Shown in pieces: positions 27,542 to 37,895 of a DNA stretch of 64,000 bases. Made by a program: the position numbers and the translations under genes. The notes beneath the pieces are model-generated. The model was given only the letters and a program-made list of their open reading frames with translations, did no database searches and was not told the DNA's origin. The stretch lies in IMG/VR virus record IMGVR_UViG_2617270980_000003. One strand, 5' to 3'. The DNA is from a virus (lineage: Duplodnaviria; Heunggongvirae; Uroviricota; Caudoviricetes). How positions within the stretch are numbered: the stretch's first letter is position 1; the number at the start of each line of letters is the position of its first letter.

Positions 27542-30500
27542 TATCCGTGTCGCCTTCAGTGCGATTGATAAGTTAACCCGCCCGGTAAATGCCGCCCGCA
27601 ACTCAGTGGGCGGCTTATCTGAATCCCTCAAAAAAACACAATCGTCTATCAAAGATCTGGAAACGCAATCCCAGGCATTCAACCGCCTGAATGAGCGCGT
27701 TAAAAAGACATCCCAGCAACTCACCACAACACAGCGAGCCTTTGACGGCCTGAATAAAGCACAGAAAAACGGCACGGTACTAACCGACGCACAGCGCGAG
27801 CGCATGACGGCACTGGCAGCGAAACTTGATCGCCTGAATGCCAGCCGGTCACAGGAGACAGCAAAACTCCAGCAAGCGTCCCAGGCGCTGCGCGCGCACG
27901 GCGTTTCACTGGCGGGCGGCGATCGCACAATTCAAAGCGCTATCAGACGCACTGAGCAATACAACCAGACGCTTGAGAGAGAACGGCGACAACTTGCCGC
28001 AGTCACCAACGCGCGCGCCCGTTATGACCGTCTGAGCGCCACAGCGGGCAAATTGCGCACCGGCGGCGCGGTGGCGATTGGCGCAAGCGCGGGAGCGGGC
28101 TACGCTGCCGGACGCTTCCTGGCCCCTGCCGTGGGTTTTGATGAGGAAATGTCGCGCGTAGGCGCACTGACCCGCCTGGATAAAGGCGATGAACAGTTTG
28201 CCGCCCTGCGCGCCCAGGCCAAAAAACTTGGCGCTGAAACCGCATTTACCACGCGAGACGCCGCCAGCGGGCAAGCCTTCCTGGCAATGGCTGGCTTTAC
28301 ACCACAGTCAATTCAGGCTGCGCTGCCTGGCGTTCTGAATATGGCGCTAGCCGGTGGCATGGATCTGGGTGAGTCCGCTGATATCGGTTCAAACATCCTG
28401 ACGCAATTCAAGCTGTCATCAGATCAGATGGACAGGGTTGGCGATACGCTAACAGCCGCATTTACCCGTACCAATACCGACCTGCGCGCCCTGGGCGACA
28501 CAATGAAATACGCGGGGCCAGTGGCGGCTAATCTGGGTATTAGCCTGGAAGAGGCATCCGCTATGGCGGGGATGCTTGCCAATAACGGTCTGCGCGGCAG
28601 TGACGCGGGTACAGCATTACGTTCCAGTCTATCCCGCCTTGCTTCACCACCAAAAGCCGCGGCTGATGCTCTGAAAGAGCTAGGCGTGTCGGTTGCCGAC
28701 GCCAACGGGAAAATGCGCCCGATGGAAACGGTACTGTTAGACCTTTTCAAAGCCACACAGAAATACGGGCAGGTTGATCAGGTATCTTTCTTCAAAAATA
28801 TCGCCGGTGAAGAGGCCTTTGTGGGCCTCCAGACGCTGGTACAGGCGGCAGGCTCGGGAGAACTACAAAAGCTCACAAAAGAACTTCAGGGCGCTGCCGG
28901 TGAATCCGCTACCGTCGCAAAAAAAATGGCGGACAACCTGGGCGGGGATCTAAAAGAACTCGATAGCGCCTGGGAAGCATTCCGTATCCAGATTGAAGAA
29001 CTGGCGGACGGCGCACTGCGAAAACTCACCCAGGCACTGACCGGCACGATCGGCGTGATGACTGAATGGGCGAATAAGAATCCGCAGCTATCAAAAACCC
29101 TTCTGGCTGTTGGCGGCAGTGTGCTGGCCCTCACCGCCGGGATTGGCGCAACGTCCCTGGCTATTGGCTTACTTCTGGGGCCACTGGCAAAACTTCAACT
29201 CGGCTTTGCCCTGCTAACCAGCGGGAGCGGGCTGGGTGGCGCGGTGACACTGTTCAGCCGCCTGGCTGGCGTTATTTCCGGGCCGCTTGGCGGCATCCGT
29301 GGCTGGGGTGTCGTCTTCAGTAGAATGACCGGCAACGCCGGGAAACTGGCTGGCGCGCTTGCCCCATTGAGAGGACTGCTTGCCGCCGCGTTTATCTCAC
29401 CAGGTGCCGCCCTGGGCGGAATTGTAAAAGGGCTTGGTAGTCTCCTGCTTCGCCTGACCGGCATACCTGCAATCATGGGGATCGCTAGCTCGGCCCTCTC
29501 GATGCTCGGCGGCGCGCTGTCATTGCTGTTAAGCCCGATCGGGCTGATTGGCGCGGCCTTCATTGCCACAGGGTTGCTTATCTGGCGATTCTGGGAGCCG
29601 ATCAAAGCCTTCTTTGCGGGCTTCTTTGCCGGTGTAATGCAGGCGCTTACGCCGTTCCGTGATGCCTTCGCCGGACTGGCCCCCGTCTTTGATGTGATCT
29701 CAAATGCCGTTTCTCAGTTGTGGCAGTGGTTCAGCAACCTGCTTTCACCAATGACGACCAGCAAAGAGACATTGGATAAATGCGCAAGCGCTGGGGAGAC
29801 GTTCGGCAAAGTGTTTGGCCTGGCAATTCAGGGGCTAATGTTACCTCTGACTGGATTGGCCAAAATGGTTGGCTGGATACTTGAAAAGCTGGGGCTGATT
29901 CCGTCCGGGATTGAAGCGGCGAAAGCAAAAGCGGAGAAAGTGCAGAAGGAACTCACACCGGCAGGATTGGCTATGCTGCAGGACAAGGTTGGCACGCTCA
30001 CTGTCGATATGAAAGCAGTAACCGCGCCACCTATCGCCCCACCATCACCAGTGATTGCTGTTGATACGGGAACTCAACGGCGGTTACAGAAAATTGCGGA
30101 CAATACCGGCGGGATGCTGGATGCAACCAAAAAGCGGATCGGCCCTGGCGATATCGTGTTTAAGAATCTGCCCCGCGCATTAGCCGTCCACGGCGCATGG
30201 CAGGAAGCACAATCACCCCCAGGCGCAAACCTGGCCCAACTTAGCGCGCGCCCGGTTATCGCGGCGGCATCAGCACCGATTAAACCGGCAGTTGAAGTAC
30301 AGGCTATTAGCGGGCAATCCAGTAAACAAGCCAGCAAACCGGCGCAAAACACCGCTCCTGATGAAATACATATTCACATTCATATGCACGGCGATCTCAG
30401 CAACGACGCCCGCGACATTGCACGGATGGTGACTGATGCAGTTGGGGCAGAACTTAACAAGCGTTCCCGCTCTGGTAGCAGTTTCAGAGACAAAGATTAG
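27528..30500 (+). CDS. T: tail tape measure protein (P2 T-like)
   Basis: About 990 aa, Ala/Gly-rich with hydrophobic central segments, between E' and U; ORF-track start at 27492 is GTG, ATG at 27528 chosen. Confidence 0.85.
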   Translation: MKDLNIRVAFSAIDKLTRPVNAARNSVGGLSESLKKTQSSIKDLETQSQAFNRLNERVKKTSQQLTTTQRAFDGLNKAQKNGTVLTDAQRERMTALAAKLDRLNASRSQETAKLQQASQALRAHGVSLAGGDRTIQSAIRRTEQYNQTLERERRQLAAVTNARARYDRLSATAGKLRTGGAVAIGASAGAGYAAGRFLAPAVGFDEEMSRVGALTRLDKGDEQFAALRAQAKKLGAETAFTTRDAASGQAFLAMAGFTPQSIQAALPGVLNMALAGGMDLGESADIGSNILTQFKLSSDQMDRVGDTLTAAFTRTNTDLRALGDTMKYAGPVAANLGISLEEASAMAGMLANNGLRGSDAGTALRSSLSRLASPPKAAADALKELGVSVADANGKMRPMETVLLDLFKATQKYGQVDQVSFFKNIAGEEAFVGLQTLVQAAGSGELQKLTKELQGAAGESATVAKKMADNLGGDLKELDSAWEAFRIQIEELADGALRKLTQALTGTIGVMTEWANKNPQLSKTLLAVGGSVLALTAGIGATSLAIGLLLGPLAKLQLGFALLTSGSGLGGAVTLFSRLAGVISGPLGGIRGWGVVFSRMTGNAGKLAGALAPLRGLLAAAFISPGAALGGIVKGLGSLLLRLTGIPAIMGIASSALSMLGGALSLLLSPIGLIGAAFIATGLLIWRFWEPIKAFFAGFFAGVMQALTPFRDAFAGLAPVFDVISNAVSQLWQWFSNLLSPMTTSKETLDKCASAGETFGKVFGLAIQGLMLPLTGLAKMVGWILEKLGLIPSGIEAAKAKAEKVQKELTPAGLAMLQDKVGTLTVDMKAVTAPPIAPPSPVIAVDTGTQRRLQKIADNTGGMLDATKKRIGPGDIVFKNLPRALAVHGAWQEAQSPPGANLAQLSARPVIAAASAPIKPAVEVQAISGQSSKQASKPAQNTAPDEIHIHIHMHGDLSNDARDIARMVTDAVGAELNKRSRSGSSFRDKD

Positions 30501-30512
30501 GAGAGCAAAACA

Positions 30513-31001
30513 ATGATGATGGTTTACGGAATGTTCGTCTTTGAGTTAAAAACCATTCCCCACCAACAATTACAGCAGTCAAAGACATGGCGGCATGTAA
30601 AGAACGAGCGCATAAACCGATCGGCAAAGTGGCAATACATTGGTGCAGGTGACGATCAGATTACCTTATCCGGTGTTTTGTACCCATCAGTGACCGGCGG
30701 TAAGGTGAGTCTAACTGTGCTCGATACACAGGCCTACACCGGACGCCCCTGGCCTCTTATCAGCGGCACCGGGCGGATCTATGGCATGTATTCGATAACG
30801 CAGCTTCAGACCACCGATACTGAATTTGACCAGTATGGGGAGCCGAAGAAAATAGAATTTACGATCACGTTTCAAAGGCAGGATGAAGACCTGCGCGAAA
30901 GCCTCCAGTCTTCATCAGTGAGTGATTTACTCGGCAACCTGCAAAACACAGCCAACTCAGCGCTGAATAATATCAGCGCCGCCGCATCCAGTCTGTTTTA
31001 A
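30513..31001 (+). CDS. U: tail protein U (P2 gpU-like)
   Basis: 162 aa immediately after tape measure. Confidence 0.85.
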   Translation: MMMVYGMFVFELKTIPHQQLQQSKTWRHVKNERINRSAKWQYIGAGDDQITLSGVLYPSVTGGKVSLTVLDTQAYTGRPWPLISGTGRIYGMYSITQLQTTDTEFDQYGEPKKIEFTITFQRQDEDLRESLQSSSVSDLLGNLQNTANSALNNISAAASSLF

Positions 31002-31167
31002 ACAAGTAAAAATATACCCCTCGGATTGGTTTTCACCGAGGGGAGCAACAAGAGACCTAGCTCTAATTTTGTTCAATCATGTGTAAATTGTGCAGACTAA
31101 ATGATTGTCCTTAGAATTTTTGTAAGTAAAATAACCACAATTTTTCCTAATTGCGCGACTAGACTCT

Positions 31168-32138
31168 ATATGAAAAACCTTTCCTCAATTGATTACGCAA
31201 AACTTTTCTTTGCGTTTTGTATCATTTTTATACACACAGACATTTTAGGCGGCAACAGTAATTATATAGGATATGTTACTTGCCAGGGACTGCTAAGGAT
31301 TGCAGTGCCATTCTTTTTCATTACTAGTGGATATTTTTATTTTTCTGTAATGCAAAAAAATAAAATTAAAAAATGGTTTTCTCACAATATAAAAACCTAT
31401 GCTCTATGGACGCTTCTTTACTTACCAATAATACTAGGATTAGTTGGTTTTATTAGGGCGGGTAAGCCTTTAGCGACAGACCTTACATATTTATCTCTAA
31501 ATGCAGTATTTGGATTTTGGCACTTATGGTTTTTCCCTGCCCTGATAGTATCGGCATTATTAACATTACTTTTAGCTAAGCTAAAAGATCGCACATTAAT
31601 AATCATATGCTGCATACTTTATACGTGCGGCACGTTACTTCAATATCGCGCAAATTATTCCATTGACATAAATCGTGACATATGGTCTCTCGCTACAGTT
31701 TTCTTTTCCAGAAACGGTCTTTTCATGGGTTTTCCATTGTTTATGCTTGGATACCTTATAAATAAAAATAACATAAGAAATAACAATACATATTTACTCA
31801 TTGGTTCCATTATTTTGGTCATCATTGAGGCATCCGTAAATTATTCATATGGCACATATACCTTTGATATGCTTTTTTCACTTCCATTCGCTGGTGTTTT
31901 TGTTTTTTTAAAAGTTCTAGATATCACCCTGAAAACAAAAAACACCTTCACAATTCGCGAGCACTCAAAAAACATATATCTTATACAAATCTATGCCATT
32001 CAGTTTGCAAAACAATTTGCATCTGATTGGTTAGTCATAACAACAATCGCATGCACTATTTGCATTAGCTATTCAATAGCTAATATCATTAAAGATAATT
32101 TAATTGCAAACTTTAGACTAAAAAGCCTATCAAATTAA
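31168..32138 (+). CDS. membrane acyltransferase (acyltransferase-3 family, Oac-like), AT-rich cargo at the P2 Z/fun position
   Basis: About 323 aa, multiple hydrophobic helices, low GC versus neighbours; located between tail fibre assembly gene and the sheath block. Confidence 0.75.
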
Positions 32139-32566
32139 TCCTCAGGGATATCAGGCCAGATAATGTCGGGGGCTTTTGATGTGTCAATACGCATTAATAG
32201 CACCCGATATTTCTTCCACTTCGCAAGCTGAATAACTTCATCATCGGTTGAAATACCAGCTTCAATCGCATCCTGCCGCCACGCAATTTCTGTACCTGCA
32301 TTTTCAGCCAAGTCTTTTTTTTGCTGTATAGCTAACGCAATTAACTGATCGGCTGTAGGCTCTGATACATCAACCCATACAGGCTGACCGGAAGCGTCGC
32401 CTCCTCTACCTTTTCCTTCTGGCGGCCTTCCTGTGTATTTCTGATAAATATCAGATTCAACTTCAACAATGTCATCAGGCCATGTATTCGTTTTTTCATA
32501 GTCTGATTTCATTGACTCAAAAAAGAATGAGTTATTCTTAGCACTGAAATATATATTACTAAACAT
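32135..32566 (-). CDS. G: tail fibre assembly protein (P2 G-like)
   Basis: About 143 aa directly downstream of tail fibre gene; C-terminal conserved WPD motif region. Confidence 0.75.
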   Translation of the reverse strand: MFSNIYFSAKNNSFFFESMKSDYEKTNTWPDDIVEVESDIYQKYTGRPPEGKGRGGDASGQPVWVDVSEPTADQLIALAIQQKKDLAENAGTEIAWRQDAIEAGISTDDEVIQLAKWKKYRVLLMRIDTSKAPDIIWPDIPED

Positions 32567-32568
32567 AA

Positions 32569-33855
32569 TTAACACCCCACACCAAAGCAAAAGAATGGTT
32601 TTGACGCAGCGACGCCTGTTCTTTCTAATAAAGAAACCTGCATATCTCGATCGCTTAATCTTTTAACTCCAGCAATCGCCGACGCTGCTGCATCACCAGC
32701 CACATTGCATGGCAAAATACCAAAACAGCGAACAGGCCAACCAATAGGAAAAGGGGCTGAAGCCCAGCCGCCACCATCAGTATTCCCCCAACACCACTGT
32801 AAAATTATTCCATTTGGAAAACGCACCCAACCGGCATCAGCCATTACCTGAGTAAAGTCTGTATTTTTCACATACCCCTGAATGCCCCAATCATTCTGAA
32901 AAATCAATTTTTTCACATCAGCATTCATTGTGAATGCATTAACTCGACGATCGGAGATCTCCCCTGATGGAGATAAAGCAAAATCAATATAGTTCGCGCC
33001 GTTTCCCATTATGCCGCAAATAATCGACGACATAATTGCTCCACCAAATGAAAAATCCAAACCACATGCACTTCCATTTTCACTGCTTTTATTTTTGATA
33101 TGAATACCTGAAAAACCACTCTCTTTTTCCACGATCATTTCGTGTCCGACTGCTGAGATAATACCTTCAACAATCACATCACCAGTAACCCTCCCACCAG
33201 AAGCAGGTAACGCATCGGCTGCTAATTGAACTGTTTTATCCAAACCAAGGTTTTTGATAGCCTCTCCAACCAACCCGGCCTTAATCAATTCTTTAAGAGC
33301 ATTTTCAATCAACAGGTACTGGCTATGCGGATTAGCGGTGTCAACGTGCTTTTTTATCGCGTTGTCTGTATAGGTTTTCACCTCAATTACAGCACTATCA
33401 ACATACTGCCGGGTTGCCAGCACAACGGACGGATCAACTTTCAGGGTAACGGCATCAGTGCTCGATACCGTGAGCATCATCCTTATAACCTGCGTACGGC
33501 CTGATCCTTCCTCTGTTGTGGCCTTGTACGTCTCCGGGCAGTTAGCCACAGCAATCAAGATACCATCAGCATCAAAGAGTCCTATTTCACGAATCCACCA
33601 CCCGCCAACGGATTCAGGAATAATCTGTTCCGCAATAATCTGGCTGTCGTTTTTATCGTCCACTGACAGCGAGTTAAGCTGGGCGCGGCGCACCTCGTTA
33701 ACCAGCGCTGTCTGTGCCTGGCTTGGTGTTGGTGATTTGCCGCCGCCGTCGCCAACTGCGAGCGAGGTGATTTCTAACTTCTCACCCAGCGCAGCCATAT
33801 TTGATAATTTTGCCGCCCCCTGAGCAGTCAGCAGGGCAAAGAATTTAGCCGCCAT
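32569..33855 (-). CDS. H: tail fibre protein (P2 H-like)
   Basis: 428 aa; N-terminus MAAKFFALLTAQGAAKLSNMAALG typical of P2-family tail fibres. Confidence 0.85.
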   Translation of the reverse strand: MAAKFFALLTAQGAAKLSNMAALGEKLEITSLAVGDGGGKSPTPSQAQTALVNEVRRAQLNSLSVDDKNDSQIIAEQIIPESVGGWWIREIGLFDADGILIAVANCPETYKATTEEGSGRTQVIRMMLTVSSTDAVTLKVDPSVVLATRQYVDSAVIEVKTYTDNAIKKHVDTANPHSQYLLIENALKELIKAGLVGEAIKNLGLDKTVQLAADALPASGGRVTGDVIVEGIISAVGHEMIVEKESGFSGIHIKNKSSENGSACGLDFSFGGAIMSSIICGIMGNGANYIDFALSPSGEISDRRVNAFTMNADVKKLIFQNDWGIQGYVKNTDFTQVMADAGWVRFPNGIILQWCWGNTDGGGWASAPFPIGWPVRCFGILPCNVAGDAAASAIAGVKRLSDRDMQVSLLERTGVAASKPFFCFGVGC

Positions 33856-34459
33856 TTGTTACCTCTAACGTATCAATAATATGAATTGCGCCCCCGGGAA
33901 AATACCCGCCACTGACTTCTACGGCTTCAGGCATATAGGGGTAAATAGTCATCACGTCACCGCCATAACACCCGGCGTGGGCGTATACCTCTCCCTTCGC
34001 CTGCATACTGATTGCAAGGCCGGTCAGGTGGCGTGAGCATGGTTTTGCATCAGCGATCAGGCGCTCAAGCTCGAGATAGGTTTCTTCTGTAATCCCTGAG
34101 TCAGAAACACCAATTTCAAGTTGAAATGTTCCCCGCTCGCCTCCGTTCTGCCACCATTCAACGACCTTTATCAGGAAGCCGAACGGCTCAACGACACGGC
34201 GCAGCGCCGCAATAGTTCCCTTTTGCCGGTGTACCAGCCAGGCGGATTTAATCACCTGTCGCTTTGTCTGTTCTGACCAGCCTTTATCCCAGCGATCAAC
34301 CGATAACGCCCAGGCCAGATAAGGCAGTAAAGCAACCGGGCATTCATCAGGGTTCCACAGCGTTTTCAGGTCTACGGGCAAATCACTCACGCGCCAGGTT
34401 GCGGCCTCGGCACTGCGCATAAAATCACTGGCTGAAGGTGGCAACAGACTGTTATTCAT
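33845..34459 (-). CDS. I: baseplate assembly protein I
   Basis: 204 aa at the P2 I position. Confidence 0.85.
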   Translation of the reverse strand: MNNSLLPPSASDFMRSAEAATWRVSDLPVDLKTLWNPDECPVALLPYLAWALSVDRWDKGWSEQTKRQVIKSAWLVHRQKGTIAALRRVVEPFGFLIKVVEWWQNGGERGTFQLEIGVSDSGITEETYLELERLIADAKPCSRHLTGLAISMQAKGEVYAHAGCYGGDVMTIYPYMPEAVEVSGGYFPGGAIHIIDTLEVTNGG

Positions 34460-35345
34460 CGGTTCCGCCTCTCGTGATGGTGACCGAAGCGCACCGCGCC
34501 GCCTGTGTATCGCTGATAATCAGCCGTTCAGGTAAATCCAGTTCCACACGCTGCACGCCCTGCACGTGTAACGCCGCCAAAATTGCAGACCTGGCAACAT
34601 CAAGCCCGATCCGCCACTGGCTTTTGAGCCACTTCTGCAACGACGCCTCGGCAGCGTTCACAATGGGTTCTGACTCTGGGCCTGGGTAGAGATACAGCGT
34701 GGCATTGATGTCATAACTGATAATCTCAGCGCTCTGGACTGTCAGCCTGTCACCCACAGGGCGGACACTTTCATCTGATAATTTTGCGTTGACCGTTGCG
34801 ATCAGCTCGTCTGAAGCCGTTCCGTCACCTTCAGCAGAGAGCACCGAAACAACAACTTCAGCCGGCGCCGGACTTGATGCCTTAACATCAGCAACTTTCC
34901 CTGATGCGCTTTTAGCGAAGTATTCGTAAGCGCCGGTAGGCCCGGCAACACTCAATCCTTCGAATGCAGATTGCGCACGTAAGCGCAGCGCGGCGTCACT
35001 TTCCATTACCGCATCTGTTGTATCTGTCTCCTCAACAATCGTCAGTCGCTCTGTATTGTTATTTGCCGCCAGGTTATCCAGATCTCCGCCGGTGGAATGG
35101 CTTAACATGCAAGCTGCAGCACCGTCATTTATGACCTGTCGCAACATCAATTCGCGATAAGCAATCACCTGAGCGAGCACCGTCAAAGGCTCCGACTCAA
35201 GCTCCAATGCTGCTGCTATGGCCTGTTGTTGTCCCTCCGGATAAGCGGCAATAATCATCTCTTTCACATCACTCAGGATGATTTCGAAATCCAGCGTCGC
35301 GATGATTTCCGGTGGTGGAAGCTCTGATAAATCAACTGTCGCCAT
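34452..35345 (-). CDS. J: baseplate assembly protein J
   Basis: 297 aa at the P2 J position. Confidence 0.85.
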   Translation of the reverse strand: MATVDLSELPPPEIIATLDFEIILSDVKEMIIAAYPEGQQQAIAAALELESEPLTVLAQVIAYRELMLRQVINDGAAACMLSHSTGGDLDNLAANNNTERLTIVEETDTTDAVMESDAALRLRAQSAFEGLSVAGPTGAYEYFAKSASGKVADVKASSPAPAEVVVSVLSAEGDGTASDELIATVNAKLSDESVRPVGDRLTVQSAEIISYDINATLYLYPGPESEPIVNAAEASLQKWLKSQWRIGLDVARSAILAALHVQGVQRVELDLPERLIISDTQAARCASVTITRGGTDE

Positions 35346-35700
35346 TGCCTGACTCCTTCACCTTTACTGCACCGCTTACCGGCTGCATTGTTGTGGTAAC
35401 CAATCCGCCTAACTCAACCGTCACCGCCCCGGCGTCTGAATACGTAATATCAACCTGGTTAAGTGCTATCCGCGGTTCCCATTGCGTCAGCGCAATCACC
35501 GTGGCGCTCATTAGCTGAAGGCGTGTTGTTTCGTTTTTCGGGGCGTCCAGCAAATCAGGTAACAAGCTGCCGTACGACCGGCGCATTACGCGTGACCCCA
35601 ACGGCGTCAGCAGGACATCTTTCACGGACTGCCAAAGGTGATCGCTATCTGAAACCGTCCCTGTGCCGCCCTGGTTCATTCCCGTATATTTCGCCGTCAT
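35332..35700 (-). CDS. W: baseplate wedge protein W (gp25-like)
   Basis: 122 aa, P2 gpW-like. Confidence 0.85.
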   Translation of the reverse strand: MTAKYTGMNQGGTGTVSDSDHLWQSVKDVLLTPLGSRVMRRSYGSLLPDLLDAPKNETTRLQLMSATVIALTQWEPRIALNQVDITYSDAGAVTVELGGLVTTTMQPVSGAVKVKESGNGDS

Positions 35701-36278
35701 GCCGTCCCCTTAGTCCTGCTATTGCCACTCTCAACACCACCATGATCATGATCGTCAGCCTGGACGCCGTTTGACTTCAGTGCGCCGCCGCTGTGAGTTA
35801 CATCGCCGGTCATCTTTCCGCCCTCAGTGAAATCAAAGGTTTTCGCTTTCAGATGTTTTGTGCACTCCACCTCTGGCGCATCGAGCGTGATTTTTGTTGC
35901 TGCCTGGATGGTGGCGGTTTTCATTCCGCCGGCACTCAGTGCGCCCGCCTTCGCGTCATAGCTAAATTCAGCCCCATCAGGCGCGGTGATCATCATCTGC
36001 ATCAGGCTACTGGCGGGGGCGTCGTTTTCGTTGCTGTAGAGGCTGCCCAGCACAACGGCTGTTTCAGGATTGCCGCCCAGACATCCCAGCAAAACCTGTT
36101 CGCCCAGCGACGGCGCACACCAGAATTTGAAAGCACCGGCGCGCGTTGTCGTCCAGCGAAGCCATGTTGTCTGCAAATCATCGCTCTGCACCCGTACACT
36201 TTTACCGTCTTTCGATATGTCAAAAACCACGCCCACACGGAGCACGTTAGACAGGAGGCGCAACAGTTCGGCACTCAT
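35697..36278 (-). CDS. V: baseplate spike/hub protein V
   Basis: 193 aa, P2 gpV-like. Confidence 0.85.
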   Translation of the reverse strand: MSAELLRLLSNVLRVGVVFDISKDGKSVRVQSDDLQTTWLRWTTTRAGAFKFWCAPSLGEQVLLGCLGGNPETAVVLGSLYSNENDAPASSLMQMMITAPDGAEFSYDAKAGALSAGGMKTATIQAATKITLDAPEVECTKHLKAKTFDFTEGGKMTGDVTHSGGALKSNGVQADDHDHGGVESGNSRTKGTA

Positions 36279-36913
36279 GCCCCGGCACCCCCCAGGCTGT
36301 TAATCACCGCGCTACGGATCAGCGCTTCATCAGCCTTAGAAATTCCCAACAGGACACGCGGCGCATACTTCGCAAATGACCCCGGCCCTACCTGCTCACG
36401 CAATCCGTACTGATGAATGCGGGCGATACGGGCCGCCATACCGCTGTAACCCACTTCAGCCCCCTCACTGGATGCCTTCACCTTCATAAAGCGGGCGGTT
36501 CTCAGCTTCACGAACATCGGAGCCTTGACCACTTTTGGGCGCTGGCCCGCGCGGGTATTAATTTCCGTATAGCGCTCAATATCGGCACGGTAGAACGTGC
36601 GGATCTCATTGCGGTCTTCATCAAATCCGGTAATCGTCCGCCCATATTTACCGCGCCCGCTGTGCCAGTTTTTCAACCGGCGCAACTGCCCTTCCCAGAT
36701 AAAGGCGATCCCCTGCTGGGTGCGCAGCGTTTTACGGCGGCGTGACGGGTACTGGCTTCCGTCCGGGTTACGCTGTGCGCGTATGCGCTGTTGCTGGCTA
36801 ATTCGTAAAACCTTACCCACGGCGCGCGCCGTTCTGGCCCGCCCACTGGATGACGCCCCCGCCAGGATGTCTGCGAAATACTGATCCAGCGCGTGAACAT
36901 CACCGGCATTCAT
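36275..36913 (-). CDS. S: tail completion protein S
   Basis: 212 aa at the P2 S position. Confidence 0.8.
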   Translation of the reverse strand: MNAGDVHALDQYFADILAGASSSGRARTARAVGKVLRISQQQRIRAQRNPDGSQYPSRRRKTLRTQQGIAFIWEGQLRRLKNWHSGRGKYGRTITGFDEDRNEIRTFYRADIERYTEINTRAGQRPKVVKAPMFVKLRTARFMKVKASSEGAEVGYSGMAARIARIHQYGLREQVGPGSFAKYAPRVLLGISKADEALIRSAVINSLGGAGA

Positions 36914-37362
36914 GGGTTGTCACTCCCAGGTTCGCTCAACATCGCGCCCCACTCTGGCATCATGCGCGGGCGGGGTTCCGGCTTATGCTTTCCGGTCAGC
37001 TTCCCGGCTTCATCACGCGATACAATCACGCGTTCACTAATAGGCAGTTCAAAAAACAGATCGGCGGTATCGTCATTATTGATTGCCGTTGTGAACTTAA
37101 TTTCTTTGTTCTTCTCCGGGTTCAGCAACAGTTGCGGCTGTTCCTGCCACAGCCAGGCCATCAGCGGCAACGTGAAATCATCCAGATCACCGGCAAAATT
37201 CATCACAAAGAGACACAGCGTATAGGCGTAAACAAAGTCAGCCGTTTCGCCGGTCGTCTCAACATGCCCGGATTCAATAAAAACGCTGAAGGCTTCAGGG
37301 TTGGCACGACACCACGGATTAGCCCTGGTGAGCGCGCTACGTAATGAGTTAATTTTCAGCAT
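36910..37362 (-). CDS. R: tail completion protein R
   Basis: 150 aa at the P2 R position. Confidence 0.8.
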   Translation of the reverse strand: MLKINSLRSALTRANPWCRANPEAFSVFIESGHVETTGETADFVYAYTLCLFVMNFAGDLDDFTLPLMAWLWQEQPQLLLNPEKNKEIKFTTAINNDDTADLFFELPISERVIVSRDEAGKLTGKHKPEPRPRMMPEWGAMLSEPGSDNP

Positions 37363-37639
37363 GTGGTTCCCCTCCCCTCTGGCGTGCCAGGCGCAACAGA
37401 TTTAGCGCCCGGATATCACTCTTATCCGCATTGCAGGTATCAAGCGCGTCATGCAACTGATCCGCCCAAATCGCAATACCGCCCCACGTCACCGGCGTTT
37501 TCAGTTCCGGCGTGGGCGTTTCATCGGTCAGGCTTTCCGGTATCGGCTCGTGAATCAGCCGCGTTTGAACTCTTATTTTTTCTGAGCAACCCATCACTGA
37601 CAGCAACAGGAGCAAGAGCACTGGCACACGAATCATCAC
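37349..37639 (-). CDS. o-spanin (LysC-like outer-membrane lipoprotein), overlapping lysB in another frame
   Basis: Signal peptide with lipobox (LLLLSVMGCS); embedded/overlapping arrangement with i-spanin as in P2 lysB/lysC. Confidence 0.6.
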   Translation of the reverse strand: MMIRVPVLLLLLLSVMGCSEKIRVQTRLIHEPIPESLTDETPTPELKTPVTWGGIAIWADQLHDALDTCNADKSDIRALNLLRLARQRGGEPHAEN

Positions 37640-37895
37640 GCATCCCCTCAGTTATGTTTTTACGGCGTTCTTCACCCGCTAGGTTGCGTGTTTGCTCCGC
37701 TTTTTTGGCCTCAGCCAGCACCGCCCGCGCATCAGCAGACAGACCACGCATTTCACCTATCACAGCTTCACTTTCATCAAACATGCGCTGTAACTTCTGT
37801 TCGTTGTCATCCGCCACGCCGCTTGTATATCCCCGGTAATACCCGGCCCCGTAAGTAAGAGCGGTTAGCACCAAACCCCATAAAATTGTTTTCAT
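37521..37895 (-). CDS. i-spanin (LysB-like)
   Basis: N-terminal TM helix then charged/coiled-coil region; follows endolysin. Confidence 0.6.
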   Translation of the reverse strand: MKTILWGLVLTALTYGAGYYRGYTSGVADDNEQKLQRMFDESEAVIGEMRGLSADARAVLAEAKKAEQTRNLAGEERRKNITEGMRDDSCASALAPVAVSDGLLRKNKSSNAADSRADTGKPDR

